Source: Candidatus Latescibacterota bacterium
GTDB taxonomy: Bacteria; Latescibacterota; UBA2968; UBA8231
Reading direction: 5' to 3'
DNA length: 64,000 nucleotides
Assembly (NCBI GenBank): GCA_965197905.1
Contig: CBDAOB010000003.1
Span: 992,001-1,056,000, forward strand
Part shown: one piece after another, positions 10,581-21,437 of the stretch
Layout of the letters: each line of letters starts with the position of its first letter
How positions within the stretch are numbered: the stretch's first letter is position 1
The notes under the pieces: model-generated
The model's input: only the letters and a program-made list of their open reading frames with translations
The model's database searches: none
What the model was told of the DNA's origin: nothing
Translations under genes and position numbers: made by a program

Positions 10581-12146
10581 GTGATGTACGACGTTGTCAT
10601 AGTTGGAGGTGGGTCGGCCGGAGCTGTTCTCGCGGCGAGACTCTCGGAAGATTCCAGCAGATCGATCCTGCTGCTGGAAGCAGGTCCGGATTTCGGACGC
10701 ATGGACCAGCTTCCGAAGGTTATTCGCGAGGCTTACGGAGGACGGAACCATTTGGCACACGCGTTTGGTCCTGCTTCAAAATACGGCTGGGGGTACCGGG
10801 CTCGGTCCACCGACAGCTCTCCCTCCATATTTGCACCCCGGGGGAAAATCATGGGCGGCTCGAGCGCGGTGAACGCACAGATTCTTCTTCGCGGCGTTCC
10901 GGAGGACTACGATGGTTGGGCGGAAGCGGGGAACGATATGTGGAGCTACGAGCAACTGTTGCCATTCTTCTGCGCGAATGAGGCCGATCCCGACTTCGCC
11001 GATTCCTACCACGGGGCGGACGGTCCCATCCGTCTTCAACGATTCAAGAAAACGGATTGGAGCCCCGAACATCGAGCGTTCTACGAGGCGTGCCGTGCCG
11101 CCGGATTCCCCGATTGCCCGGACCACAACCACCCGGACTCCACGGGAGTAGGACCACTGCCCCTCAACAACGCGGATGGAGTCCGTTGGAGTGCGTCGAT
11201 CGGCTATCTGGATCCGGTTCGGGGACGTACGAATCTGAACATCAAGAGCGACTTTCTGGTGCATCGCGTCTTATTCGAAGACAGGCGGGCGGTGGGAGTG
11301 GAGGTGGAATCAAATGGGGAGGTCTCGAAAATCCGGGGAGGCGAGATTCTCTTATGCGGCGGCGCCATCGGCTCGCCGCACACACTGCTGCTTTCGGGCA
11401 TCGGGCCAGCAGATCATCTCGAGGAAATGGGTATTCCCATTATCGCACACGTTCCTGGCGTGGGCCAGAATCTGCGAGACCATCCCCAGGTTCCGATTGC
11501 TCTGCGGTCGAAGCCGGAGATTCTTGGAGATGGCTCCGAGCCCAGACTGCAGGTAGGGCTGCGCTATACGGCGAAGGGATCCGACCTGCGCAACGATATG
11601 TTCGTGCATTCCTACTCGTTCGCCACCGAGGAAGGACCCTACATCGTATCCGATTCCCAACCGTTCGGATTCGGTCTCACCGCCTGTATCTATCTGGCCG
11701 CAAGCAAAGGGGAGATAAAGCTCGCATCCGCCGACGCGCAGGCGAGTCCGGTCATAGATTACAATTTCCTCGAGGAAGCGGTTGACCGCCAGCGGTTGCG
11801 CGACGGTGTGAGAATGGTCATAGATTTGCTCCAGCACGACGCCTTCAGGGAGATCGTAACCGAGCGTATCAAACCGACCGACGCTGAACTCGCTTCCGAC
11901 CAAAGCATCGACGCATGGATGGAAAGAGTGGTTGTAACCAGTCATCATATCTCGGCCACGTGCAAGATGGGGTGCAACACGGATTCGATGGCAGTCGTCG
12001 ATCAACACGGCAAGGTTCGCGGTGTGGACGGCCTGCGCGTGGCAGACGCCTCAATCATGCCCGACTGTATCCGCGCGAATACGAACGCCACCTCTATGAT
12101 TATCGGGGAACGGATTGCGGATCTGATGACCAATGAGAATCATTAG
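10581..12146 (+). CDS. GMC oxidoreductase (choline dehydrogenase-like)
   Basis: GGGSAG FAD motif, GKIMGGSSAVN, GVGQNLRDH and GLRVADASIMP..ANTNAT. Confidence 0.92.
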   Translation: MMYDVVIVGGGSAGAVLAARLSEDSSRSILLLEAGPDFGRMDQLPKVIREAYGGRNHLAHAFGPASKYGWGYRARSTDSSPSIFAPRGKIMGGSSAVNAQILLRGVPEDYDGWAEAGNDMWSYEQLLPFFCANEADPDFADSYHGADGPIRLQRFKKTDWSPEHRAFYEACRAAGFPDCPDHNHPDSTGVGPLPLNNADGVRWSASIGYLDPVRGRTNLNIKSDFLVHRVLFEDRRAVGVEVESNGEVSKIRGGEILLCGGAIGSPHTLLLSGIGPADHLEEMGIPIIAHVPGVGQNLRDHPQVPIALRSKPEILGDGSEPRLQVGLRYTAKGSDLRNDMFVHSYSFATEEGPYIVSDSQPFGFGLTACIYLAASKGEIKLASADAQASPVIDYNFLEEAVDRQRLRDGVRMVIDLLQHDAFREIVTERIKPTDAELASDQSIDAWMERVVVTSHHISATCKMGCNTDSMAVVDQHGKVRGVDGLRVADASIMPDCIRANTNATSMIIGERIADLMTNENH

Positions 12147-12195
12147 TACTGGCACGGGATAGTATCCGCTTCTCAGAGGTAGCGGCGCACCAGTA

Positions 12196-12815
12196 TCAGC
12201 CACTATTCGCCAGAATTGCATCAGTTTGTGGGCAAGTTGTGGGCAAAACCACAGCCGCCAACTCCTCGACGAAGGGCCGCACGGCTTCTGAGTCGTAATT
12301 CACGTATACATCCGTCACGCTCTGGCCTCGATGCCGTAATGCTGCTTTCACGACCTGACGAGGCGCGTGCAGTTCCGTTTCCATAATGGTCGCGCCCGAT
12401 TTTCTCAGGGCGTGTTCGCTGACGTATCGCACTCCTGCTGCCTCAGCGATGCGCTCACCCAAACACCTGCCTTGAATTTTCCTCGTGAACCAAGTGTAAT
12501 ACATCGGTGTGCCTTTGTTCGTGCAGAAGATCAGATCGTTGTCCTCCCACTCCCTCATCTTCAACCGCATCGTTGCCTGATTTTTGCGATGCTCCCGTAG
12601 GGTGTCGAGGAGTAGGTTTGGAACGGGGACCTCTGCTTCCGTACTTCGTTGTGGTCCAGCCGTGTTTGCGTGATTGCTGGCGTTGGATGCTCAACACTCT
12701 CCGTTTCTCGTCCAAGTCCTGCCATTTGAGTCCTCTCAATTCGCCGTCTCGCAACAGGAGAAGGACGAGAGCGAGTATATGGGGCCTATATTCATCGGGT
12801 GTGTGGACGAGGCAG
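12196..12815 (-). pseudogene. Tyrosine recombinase/phage integrase remnant (catalytic domain only, frameshifted)
   Basis: Frame A reads LRDGELRGLKWQD...TTK. Frame B reads WEDNDLIFCT...HALR...LRH...TDVY. No N-terminal domain or start is present. Confidence 0.8.
12226..12246. repeat. Direct repeat TTGTGGGCAA x2 at the integrase 3' end (possible arm-type site)
   Basis: Identical 10-mers at 12226-12235 and 12237-12246. Confidence 0.45.
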
Positions 12816-13086
12816 CATGAAATGGCCTAACCCCAAGAGGCACAAATGAATTCAGTTTTGATAATCTGCCGCGCACTCGACAGCTGATCACTGTGGTAGC
12901 CGACCTCGCGATCCGAAGCATCGGCGAACTGGCGTTGGACTCATCTCTGGCGTTTACCAGTGGTCAGTAGAGATCGGGACGGCGGCGCACGTGTAACCGA
13001 CAAACGGGCACGGCAGATAACGCAAGATAGAGGTCATCGATGGATTTACGTTGCGTGGCTCCAGGTTGATTTAGGCTTGTTTCCGA

Positions 13087-16000
13087 TCAAATGGGACGGC
13101 CGTAGTCTGAAAAGCCGACCAGGGCGCGCACGAACAGACTCATGCCGTCGAAATCCCGTCCGTCGCGGAATTTAGTGTCGTACTCGCGCTGGTCCTTGTT
13201 GAGACCGAGAATGGTCACGAGCTCGTAGCCGAAATAGCCGCTGCGATTGGTGATCGTCACGAAGGCGGTGCGCTGCTCGTAGCTGTTGCGATCGGCAGTG
13301 TCGTCGGTCAGGCGGTAGGGAAAGGGTCCGATGCCCTGAAAACCGGCCCGTAGCGACGTCCGCGGCATCAGCGGATACTCTGCCCGCAGGATCGGGATCG
13401 AGCGGATTTCTGACAGCAGATTCGTGCCGCGCTCCTGATCCCGCAGGCGCAAAAACATAAACTTGTACTGGGGTGTCACTTTCAGCTTGCCCCAGCTCCG
13501 GGCAAACTCCACCCGCGTCACCGACGTCCAAAACTCCAGCCGCCGTTTCTGCTGGAAGATCTTGTTGTAGAGCTCTCCTCCCTGCTGCCAGTTGAAACGC
13601 GCTCGCAGATTCTGATTGACCTTCAGCGTCGAAATCGGGTTTATCCGCAGATCGAGGTAGGTCTCGTTCACATAGCTGTCCTGGTAATTCCGCAGGTCGC
13701 GGACCGAGCGGTTGCTGAATATGGGCGGATAGTCCCGGACGTAGGCCTCGGCGCAGTTGCACCTTCCCAGGCCGCGAAAACTGAATTGGTTGGTCCGGCT
13801 GGGAATCTCCTGAATGACGATGTAGGGATCCTGAATATCGTCCTGAACCGCTCGAAAATGGTTTTCGAGAAAGAAAAGGCGACGTCCCCCGAATCCGCGA
13901 ATGTCCAGCGTCACCAACCCGTAGGTGCTCCGGTTGCGTCCCGAGCCGGCGACCTGGCTCACCGCGTAGCGCCCCGCCGCGAACGACAACTGTGGCGTCA
14001 GATCGAACTGGGCAAACAGGTGATACCCCCGCTGGTCCGGATCGTACGGGTAATCCACGTCGCCGTCGTCTTCGCGCCGGTCCGGCTCGTCGTTGTTGTT
14101 CCGGTCCAGCCCGTAGACGTAGATGTTGGGCTCCACATCGTACATGAGGAACGGTTCTTCGTAGTCTGGAACCGGATCGCCGTCGCGATTGGTATCCGGA
14201 AAGCCATCGTTGTCTTCGTCCTGGTCCAGATTCACGCCATCCAGATCATAGTCTTGGCTGTCGTTGGTGAAACCGACGATGTTGCCCAGCCGCCGGTCCG
14301 GGAGGCGGTCAGCGTCGTCGTTGTCTTCCACCAGATCCCAATAGATCGTTTCGTTGAGCATCCCGAGGAGATGGGAGTGGCCAAAATTCTCCTCGTCCAG
14401 ATACGTACGATACGTGGTCGTAAAATCTGGATTGATGGAGAAGGCCTCGGCGCCTACCCGACCCCCTTTGAACCAGCGCGTCGCGTTGATGAAATAGGCG
14501 TCGTCCTTCTGCGAGAAACGGGGGCTCCCACCAGGGTTGATCACACCGCCGTCGTGCGCCGGATAACGCCCCCACAGTGCCGACCGGGCGTACTCCGCGT
14601 TGAGCTCGAAACCCACAAGGGTCAAATGGGCATCGGCGCCGTAGACGAAGACACCTGTATCTTCGCCCACGTGAAATCGCACCGGCTTTAAGTTGGTGAG
14701 GTCCCGCACGTTGTCTCGCGCGCGGAGCACATTCTTGTAGAATGTGGTGGAGTACCGGGCGTGGTAGGTCTTCCCTCGCGGATTTACTTCGTACAAGGTG
14801 GCCACGTCGACCCGGTAATCGTTTCCGAGGAGAGCCTGGATCTCCACCGACTCCACCGCTGGTTCTTGGGAGAGGTCGTAGAGGAAGGCGATCTCCGATT
14901 CTCCGTTCGCTTCCAGCATGCCGGCGGGGGACTCGATGCGAAAATTCTCCACGACCCCTTCGAGATTCGAAACCTTGCTGATGTCTTCTCCGAGCTCGTG
15001 ATCCCGGCGCAACAGGTAGTCGGAATAAAGGGGCAGATCGTCTCGTCCGCGGTAAAAGCGGCGGTGCCCGGAGAACAGGGTGTAGTCGACCGCGCGAAAG
15101 CGACCCGTGGCGGAGGAAACCGTACCAACCTGCGGCCGAATGCCGGCAGGGTTGCTCACCACTAACGGCACGATATCCGGACGGTCTTCACCGTTGAGGA
15201 TGAGTCGGACATCCTGCAGGTGGGCTCCGCCAGTGCCGTCGTCGGGCGAATCGTCGGAAAAGCGCACAATGACCCAGTCCATCAGTGGTTAGTCGGGACG
15301 AAGCACACCTTTGAGACTGCTGTTTTCCTGGGTGCTTCGATACACGTGGGAATTGATGGCATTAATTCCGAGACTTCCCAATCCGACGTCCATCTGCAGC
15401 CGGCTCCCCAAAAGAAGGGTGGAGTCGTCAGCGAAGTGGGTCTTGCCGATCGCCCATATGGTGGGCACCTCCTGATAGGTGTGTGGTCGCTCAATACGCG
15501 ATGCTAGGGTGGTGATCTTGAACAGAGGTGTCGCGATGTCGAAACGCAATCCGTTGAAGCTGGTCATGGATAGGGTCAAAGGCGAAAACCGCGCGATCAG
15601 GTTGTCGCCGACGATAAAGCTGTAGCCCCAACCACCGTACCCGTCTCGCATCACCGCCACCGAGTTGTAGACCTTCTCCCAGGGATGATTGTACATCTCG
15701 TTCGGCTTGAAGATCGAACTGCCGTAGGCCTGACCGGGGGTGCGAACCTCCTCCCAGAAGTAGAGGTCGTAGCCGGTGGTCAGGTAATCTCCCATGGGGC
15801 CGTAGATGGTGCGCGGCGCATCATCGTAGGGCAGGGCGTGGTTGGCGTAATTGGTGAAATTCTGAAGCGCGTAGTTATGGTACTGCGGCCTTTCCCATCG
15901 AAGGAATGGGCGGGATTCGTAAAGCTCAGATGTACCAGAGATGCGGGTTTCCTGCGCTGACGCACTGCAAATCGCCACGAGGACTGTGACTAAGGCAATC

Positions 16001-16131
16001 TGGATACGGGTCGCGACCGAAAGACGTATAATCTTGTAAATAATAAACTTAAGTGAATAAAGACTGGTTGCTACGGGAGTCGTGAAGCGCTCGATATACT
16101 CGATATAGAGGTTTATACTGGTATTCCCCAT
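13087..16131 (-). pseudogene. Large (~1000 aa) secreted/outer-membrane protein with Asp-rich Ca-binding-like loops, interrupted by an in-frame TAA at 15289-15291
   Basis: ORFs 15289-16131 and 13087-15282 share a frame (RPD*PLMDW). Signal-like segment IALVTVLVAICSASA, DxDxDG/DxNxDG loops and a beta-rich C-terminus. True start is uncertain because ATG 16131 lies in an IS end. Confidence 0.7.
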
Positions 16132-16836
16132 ATCAAAATCAGTTGGGGTTTAGATTGAACTCGACTCTGTTTGATAATAAGGAATGGCCGTCCACTTTGC
16201 TCCACGGACAAATTTCTGCATCAAGAACGGCCTTGTTCTTCCGAATTATCACGATCTGCACGCGTACATTCACCGATTAGAGACAGGTATCCATTGCTTT
16301 ACTTTGGAAAGTGATGTTCTAGACAGAATCATTACGTAAGCGCTTGATTCGGGCCAAGATCTCGGCAAATTAACGTCTGGTCTATCGCCACCGCGGTCGA
16401 TCCCAACTGCCGGCCTGATACCTGAACTCGGGCCAGCAGATTATCGGCTTTTCGGGTGGTCGGCCCACCGGTCGAGTCAGCAGGGGTCGTATCTGCTCAT
16501 GGAGGAGCTCGTTGGCAGGCAAGATGGATTGGCGCAACAGGGTCGGCATCGCATGTTGGATGTTACGGCCGGTACGTTGGTCCGATAAAACAGTTGAAAC
16601 AGCATCGAATAATCCCAGCGCATCATCAAGTTCACGATACGCTAAAAGACCCCCGTCAGAGGTCACCTTTGCCCCATGAAATTCTAGCTTTATTCCACCA
16701 TCAAAACCCATTCTCATGCTTTCACCCTCGGGATGACCCATGTTCATCGGCCAGAAACGATCGTTATTATATTGTCTAATAACATCTTATGGCACCTTTG
16801 AAAAGCGTTTTTCAAGTTTCATATAGGGAATGGAGG
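16118..16836 (-). mobile_element. Internally deleted IS1380-family element
   Basis: ORF 16382-16747 has the IS1380-like N-terminus (FDGGIKLEFHGAKVTSDGGLLAYRELDDALGL) joined to RPVGRPP..FRYQAGSW. A C-terminal piece FAEILARIKRLR lies near 16320-16375. Imperfect IRs ctggtattccccatatcaaa / cctccattccctatatgaaa. Confidence 0.8.
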
Positions 16837-17047
16837 ACCTGTATTCTCAGCCCCCCCATTTGGGTCCTTACTTGTTGTTTTGATTGAGGTTGGGATCCAG
16901 CGCTTTAATTCGCTAGCGTGCGCACCACTTTTTGGTTCGCAGTGCGCACTTTGGCCAGGTTCAGTGTCGATAGGTAATTATAACGGAGACAATAAGATAA
17001 GTCGTACGCGGATCGGACCCCTAGCGCGAACAAAAGTGCGCACCGGG

Positions 17048-18308
17048 TCAGATGGTATACTTCAGCGCCATCAATAGAAATCCAGTCCCCAGCATTGCCG
17101 CGAATCCGAATCCTATCCAAACACCGAGATGACGACTGCCGTATCTCCAAGCAAGGACGAATTTCAACAAGGCGTTCATCAAGACGGCGATGAAGATAGC
17201 ACTCCAGGCGGTCACGACAGAAAGCGAACCATGGCTCACTAGCTTGGCTGCAGAAAGAGAAATGGCGCTCGCGTCACCTAGCCCCGCGATGGCACTCGTC
17301 AGATAGATCCCCCGGTCGCCGAATTCAACAGTGGCTATCTTGGCCAATAGGGTTACCCCTACGAAGAAGAGTCCGAACTTCAAAGCCGGCATCAAAGAAT
17401 ACGGGTTCTGCACCAGGAGATCGGTCGCAGAATCTTCTATTTTCTCGTTTTGAGCACGCCATAGAAACCAAGCACCGATTATTCCTACAGCACCCATTCC
17501 AAGCAGCGGCGCGGTAACGAACGCTCCAAGACTCCGATCCACAACCCAAACCAGCAACAACAATCGCGGAAACTGTACGGCATTAGCCATCACTCCGGCT
17601 ATGCCGCAAGATCGAGCGAACTCGGGGTTTTGTCGCACCCGGCTTGCAAGGCTGGCCGTCACAGCCGTGGTCGACACTATTCCGCCCATCAGAGCGCTCA
17701 GCAACAACCCCCTCTTGTTACCCAGGATGCGGCTTAGAACATATCCCACGTAACTGATCGTAGAGACCAAGATGATCAACAACCAAATATGGGTGGGATT
17801 GAAGAACTGATACGGTCCGATGCTCCGATTGGGCAACAACGGAAGCACCACGAACACGACGGCCAGAAACTTGAGAGTGTCGTATAATTCGATCTCCTTA
17901 ATGGTCTCCCTCACGAAATCGTGCAGTGCTCGCTTAGATGCTAGGAGAATCACGAGGACAATAGCCACACTGATTGCCAGCGATTCATGGTCACGCATCA
18001 TATATCCGAGCCAGAACGTCAGAAGCGCTCCAGTCTCCGTGGTAATCCCCACGCTTCCCCCCTCGGAGTGTCGGTAGTATCCCACGCACAGTAGAACGAT
18101 GAGCGCACCGAGCGTCATCAGCGTATAACTCAAGGGGAGCAATCGACAAACAGCGCCGAGAAGTGCAAAGATTGTGAACGTCCGTACACCTGCTTGTTTT
18201 CTTTTCTCCTGGAAGCCGGTTCTTGTAACGTTCCACGCCGATTAACAGCCCGATGGCAAGCACTTCCCCGAATGTCTTGAACGTCCCAATGTTGAATTCC
18301 ATGGTCAT
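17048..18308 (-). pseudogene. MgtC/SapB-DUF4010 family membrane protein, frameshifted near 18195-18205
   Basis: LAIGLLIGVER (one frame) continues as AGVRTFTIFALLG..GITTE..LPLLPN..FNP..GGIVSTTA (other frame). The shift lies in an A-rich run. Confidence 0.8.
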
Positions 18309-18529
18309 CGACCTCGCGTTTCCAACTTAGATCATGTTGGGTTTGAATCAGGAGCGCAAGTATTCCTAACGAGATAACCGTCAGAATCATGAAGCTGCCA
18401 CATAGATGTCCGTCTTGACAGAGAGGACACCCCCGTCTTAGTTAACGATTGAAACATCTTCAACGAGATACAACGGGTGCCGTCACCAGCGTGCGGTGCC
18501 CGTTTTCACGTTCTGGGATACCGGGAAGG

Positions 18530-18905
18530 TGACGGCTTCCCGGTAGCTTGACTCACCAACGGCATAGTCGTGGAGGCGGCGCAGCAGCAAGCCCGCCCGC
18601 CCAAATGCGCTTACGGTGTCAGACGCTGCAAAACCGGCATCGCGCAACGGCGAGCCAGAAACCGCAGTCAATAACAGTCCCGGGTTCTCAGGGCGGTCGA
18701 ATACCGCGTAAAGGTCAGGGATGTAAGGCGCAAACGCCTCGGACCAGTTGCGGTAAGCGAATACTTCACTCGCCCAACGGTTGCGGCGACGGTTGATTTT
18801 GAAGAAGAAATCACCGTTGTCGCTCCGAATACTCCACACACCCGTCCGCGTGCTGCTTGACCGGTACGCGCGGAGAACCTCGTAGTCCCCGAGCTTGGAA
18901 GTCAG
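18530..18905 (-). pseudogene. Aminoglycoside phosphotransferase/kinase-like N-terminal fragment
   Basis: LGDYEVL..RTGVWSI..FFFKI..EVFAY..LLLTAVSG..AGLLLRRLH. No start codon and no HGD catalytic motif. Confidence 0.55.
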
Positions 18906-18913
18906 GGGTCGCT

Positions 18914-20215
18914 CTACTCATTATACATGCGGCCGACTTTCTTGGTCAGTCGAATGAGGCCCACGCTCATTAGCGCCACGATGAACATCGTGACCGCTGA
19001 CACCCCAAAAGTACCGGCCCCAACAGACGCGTACAATAGCCCGCCGGTTACCAATCCGGTTATGCTGGCGAGGCTGCCAAGGCTGCCGGCCAATCCCTGC
19101 ACATATCCCTGGTATTGCTCACCGGCCTGGTTGGAAAGGATCGATTGATAGCACGGCCACATCAAACCGTTGCCAAGGGCAAAGAGCACGGCAGCGGCGT
19201 ACGCCAGCGATCGGTCGGGAATGGTCAGGAGCAGAAAACAGAAGCCCAGCAAGATGCTTCCTACAATCACCAAGGTCGCGTTGGAGAAACGTGCTGTCAT
19301 CCACTTGAGCACCGGACCCTGGACGATCGCCATCATAAGACTGAGGCTTGAAAGATAGATCCCCAGCTCTGTAACCGGCCACTTCAAACCGGCTGACGCG
19401 TGCACGGGGAAGGCGGTATAAAAGAAATTGAATCCGAGAAAGATGGCGAAGTACACCAACAGCAGAAACGGAATACCGGGGATGGCGAGTAGATGTTTTA
19501 GCGCGTGCTTGTCAGCCGGCGGTTGAAAACAATCCTTGAGCTCCTGCCCAAATACCTTCTCAATTCGCTCCTCGTCGTGCTTCTCGATTTCACAGGGGCG
19601 CACGTCGGGCAGGTAAAGGAATATTGTCACCAGGGCGGCGGTTGAGATCAGAATCGCCGCCAGCACGGGTAGGGTTTCCTGCAGGGCGGTGGCGCTCAAA
19701 AGACCAGCCAGTACCGGTCCCAGTACAAATCCGAAATTGGCTGCAATCGACATCTTGCCATAGTTCCGGCTTTTGTCTTCCTTCGTCGAAATGTCCGACA
19801 AATAGGCGTTGGCCACCGATATATTGCCACCGGTCAGGCCGTCTAACGCACGCGCAAGAAAGAGCACGGCGATCGGCAAGGTCAGGATGGTCGTGCCGGT
19901 CCACTCACTGTCGAATTCCACCAATACTTCAACGGGCATATACAGGCCCAGCAGGAAGACCCCCCAGGAGAGCAAGGTGCCCAGTTGGCTGAGAAGCAGG
20001 ATGCGCTTGCGTCCGTATTTGTCGGACCACTTGCCCAGTATGGGGGCACCGATGAACTGAAACGCAGGGTATGTAGCGCCGAGCAGGCCGTATACGAATG
20101 AATTGCCCTGAAAGCGCTCGACGATGAAGACCAGAAAGGGCAGAATGATACTGAAGCCGAGCGTACCGACGAAGTGGACGCTCAGGAGCGGAGTGAGATA
20201 GCGGTTCTGGCTCAT
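18914..20215 (-). CDS. MFS transporter, DHA1/TetA-like
   Basis: About 12 hydrophobic segments. Motif A GKWSDKYGRKRIL, ARALDGLTGGNISVANAY and GFVLGPVLAG. Confidence 0.9.
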   Translation of the reverse strand: MSQNRYLTPLLSVHFVGTLGFSIILPFLVFIVERFQGNSFVYGLLGATYPAFQFIGAPILGKWSDKYGRKRILLLSQLGTLLSWGVFLLGLYMPVEVLVEFDSEWTGTTILTLPIAVLFLARALDGLTGGNISVANAYLSDISTKEDKSRNYGKMSIAANFGFVLGPVLAGLLSATALQETLPVLAAILISTAALVTIFLYLPDVRPCEIEKHDEERIEKVFGQELKDCFQPPADKHALKHLLAIPGIPFLLLVYFAIFLGFNFFYTAFPVHASAGLKWPVTELGIYLSSLSLMMAIVQGPVLKWMTARFSNATLVIVGSILLGFCFLLLTIPDRSLAYAAAVLFALGNGLMWPCYQSILSNQAGEQYQGYVQGLAGSLGSLASITGLVTGGLLYASVGAGTFGVSAVTMFIVALMSVGLIRLTKKVGRMYNE

Positions 20216-20534
20216 GAATAAGAAGGAGTTGCCGACGGCGGCCTTTTGTCAAGCGGAGCGTCTACTACAAATGGCATCCCTTCGCCGAGAGCACCGGCGC
20301 CGCCCGGGGCTCCGTCGCTCCGAGTATTCGCTGGTGGCCGAACGTGTGGTCCTCTCTCGACGACGATCGTTTCGTATACGAGAGTTCGATCACTGGGCAG
20401 CAGGAGGTCCACGAGGCGTCCAACATCGGATTCGGCAACACACCCTTCATCGTGAACGTCAGTGTGAGCTACGTATTCGGCTTGTAGCCGCAGTTGCGAA
20501 GACTGAAAATGGTGCCGAGGACCCTGAAAGGAGT

Positions 20535-20939
20535 GTGACAGCAACGCGGTATCCAATCTACACTTTTGCCGGGCTCGGATTTGTGCTCACCACCCTGCTC
20601 CTCGTCGGACTGATTCTCGATTTTCGCGACTTTGATAGGACGGAGGGCGGGTATGAACCGCCGTATACGGACTTCACGGGACCACCCGTCCACGCTGGGC
20701 GCGTGTGGCAGCGTTTGCACCTGTTGGCTACGAGCCACGATATCGCCATGCAACCGCTCACCAGCCGGTGGAATGGTAGACCGGGAGCGGGAGCTGAGGA
20801 AGAGGCCCGCCCTACGCAGGTACTCGCAGCTCTCACCGGTGATCCGAGGTGGAAGCCTACCTTTGCTTTTCGTGCGGGCTATTCGGAAAGGGAGGCCTTG
20901 GCCAGCCCTCGGAGAGAGGTGGAACAGGTAATCGCCTGA
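20535..20939 (+). pseudogene. Chimeric remnant: N-terminus of a small membrane hypothetical fused to the C-terminus of an Acg-type nitroreductase
   Basis: GTG with aggag RBS, a TM helix and FDRTEGGYEPPYTDFTG, then an abrupt switch to AGRVWQRLHLLAT..AMQPL..FAFRAGY..SPRR. Confidence 0.5.
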
Positions 20940-21437
20940 GAAGCCTATAGAGCCTTGGCGCAAGTGCGGGCTGGGCGGACGAGAGCTACATTAACACCAG
21001 CCCAAGCGGAAGGGATCCTGAAGATAGCATCGGAATCCCCTTTTCTTCTTCACAGTTGTTCCTACGCCTGGCATCGTGCGATTGGCATTGGAGGTAGGAT
21101 TTTTCACATTCTCGACCTGGGCAATTCAAGATGTTGGCTCGAAACCTCTGGCTATCGGTTTTGGAGGTGCCGCTGTTTTTCACTATGCGGTGTCATACAA
21201 GCGCGTGCTGTGGCTTCTCAATCATGCGAAGGATCTGTAGCTTTAGAGCATCCAACTTCCCAACCTTCCGAACAAGCAACTTCGGGGAGGTGAGGACGTC
21301 ATCGGGCCATTTGGGGCGACGATTCTCCGAAAATGGGCGCAAATCCTTGCTGAGGAAACTGGACGACGGCTTCGTGACTCTTCGAGGCGCGGGCGCTTTG
21401 TACGTCTCCGTTGACCTGACTGTCATGGTAGACTGCG

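Noticed and set aside
10581..12146. Calling the GMC enzyme betA or mftG
   Set aside because: No betB or mycofactocin genes are in the window and the motifs are family-level only.
15289..15291. Stop-codon recoding or an alternative genetic code
   Set aside because: TAA, TAG and TGA all end normal genes in this window. One internal TAA is better explained by mutation or error.
18395..18530. Possible IS3-like end sequences (TGTCC...GGACA; GGGATACCGGGAAGGTGA)
   Set aside because: No transposase fragment, matching partner or TSD found, so the resemblance is too weak.
18914..20215. Calling the MFS a tetracycline resistance gene
   Set aside because: Only generic DHA1 motifs are visible, so the substrate cannot be inferred.
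20940..21437. Short ORFs between the chimeric remnant and the kinase
   Set aside because: No recognisable family, RBS or consistent frame. Probably decayed sequence.
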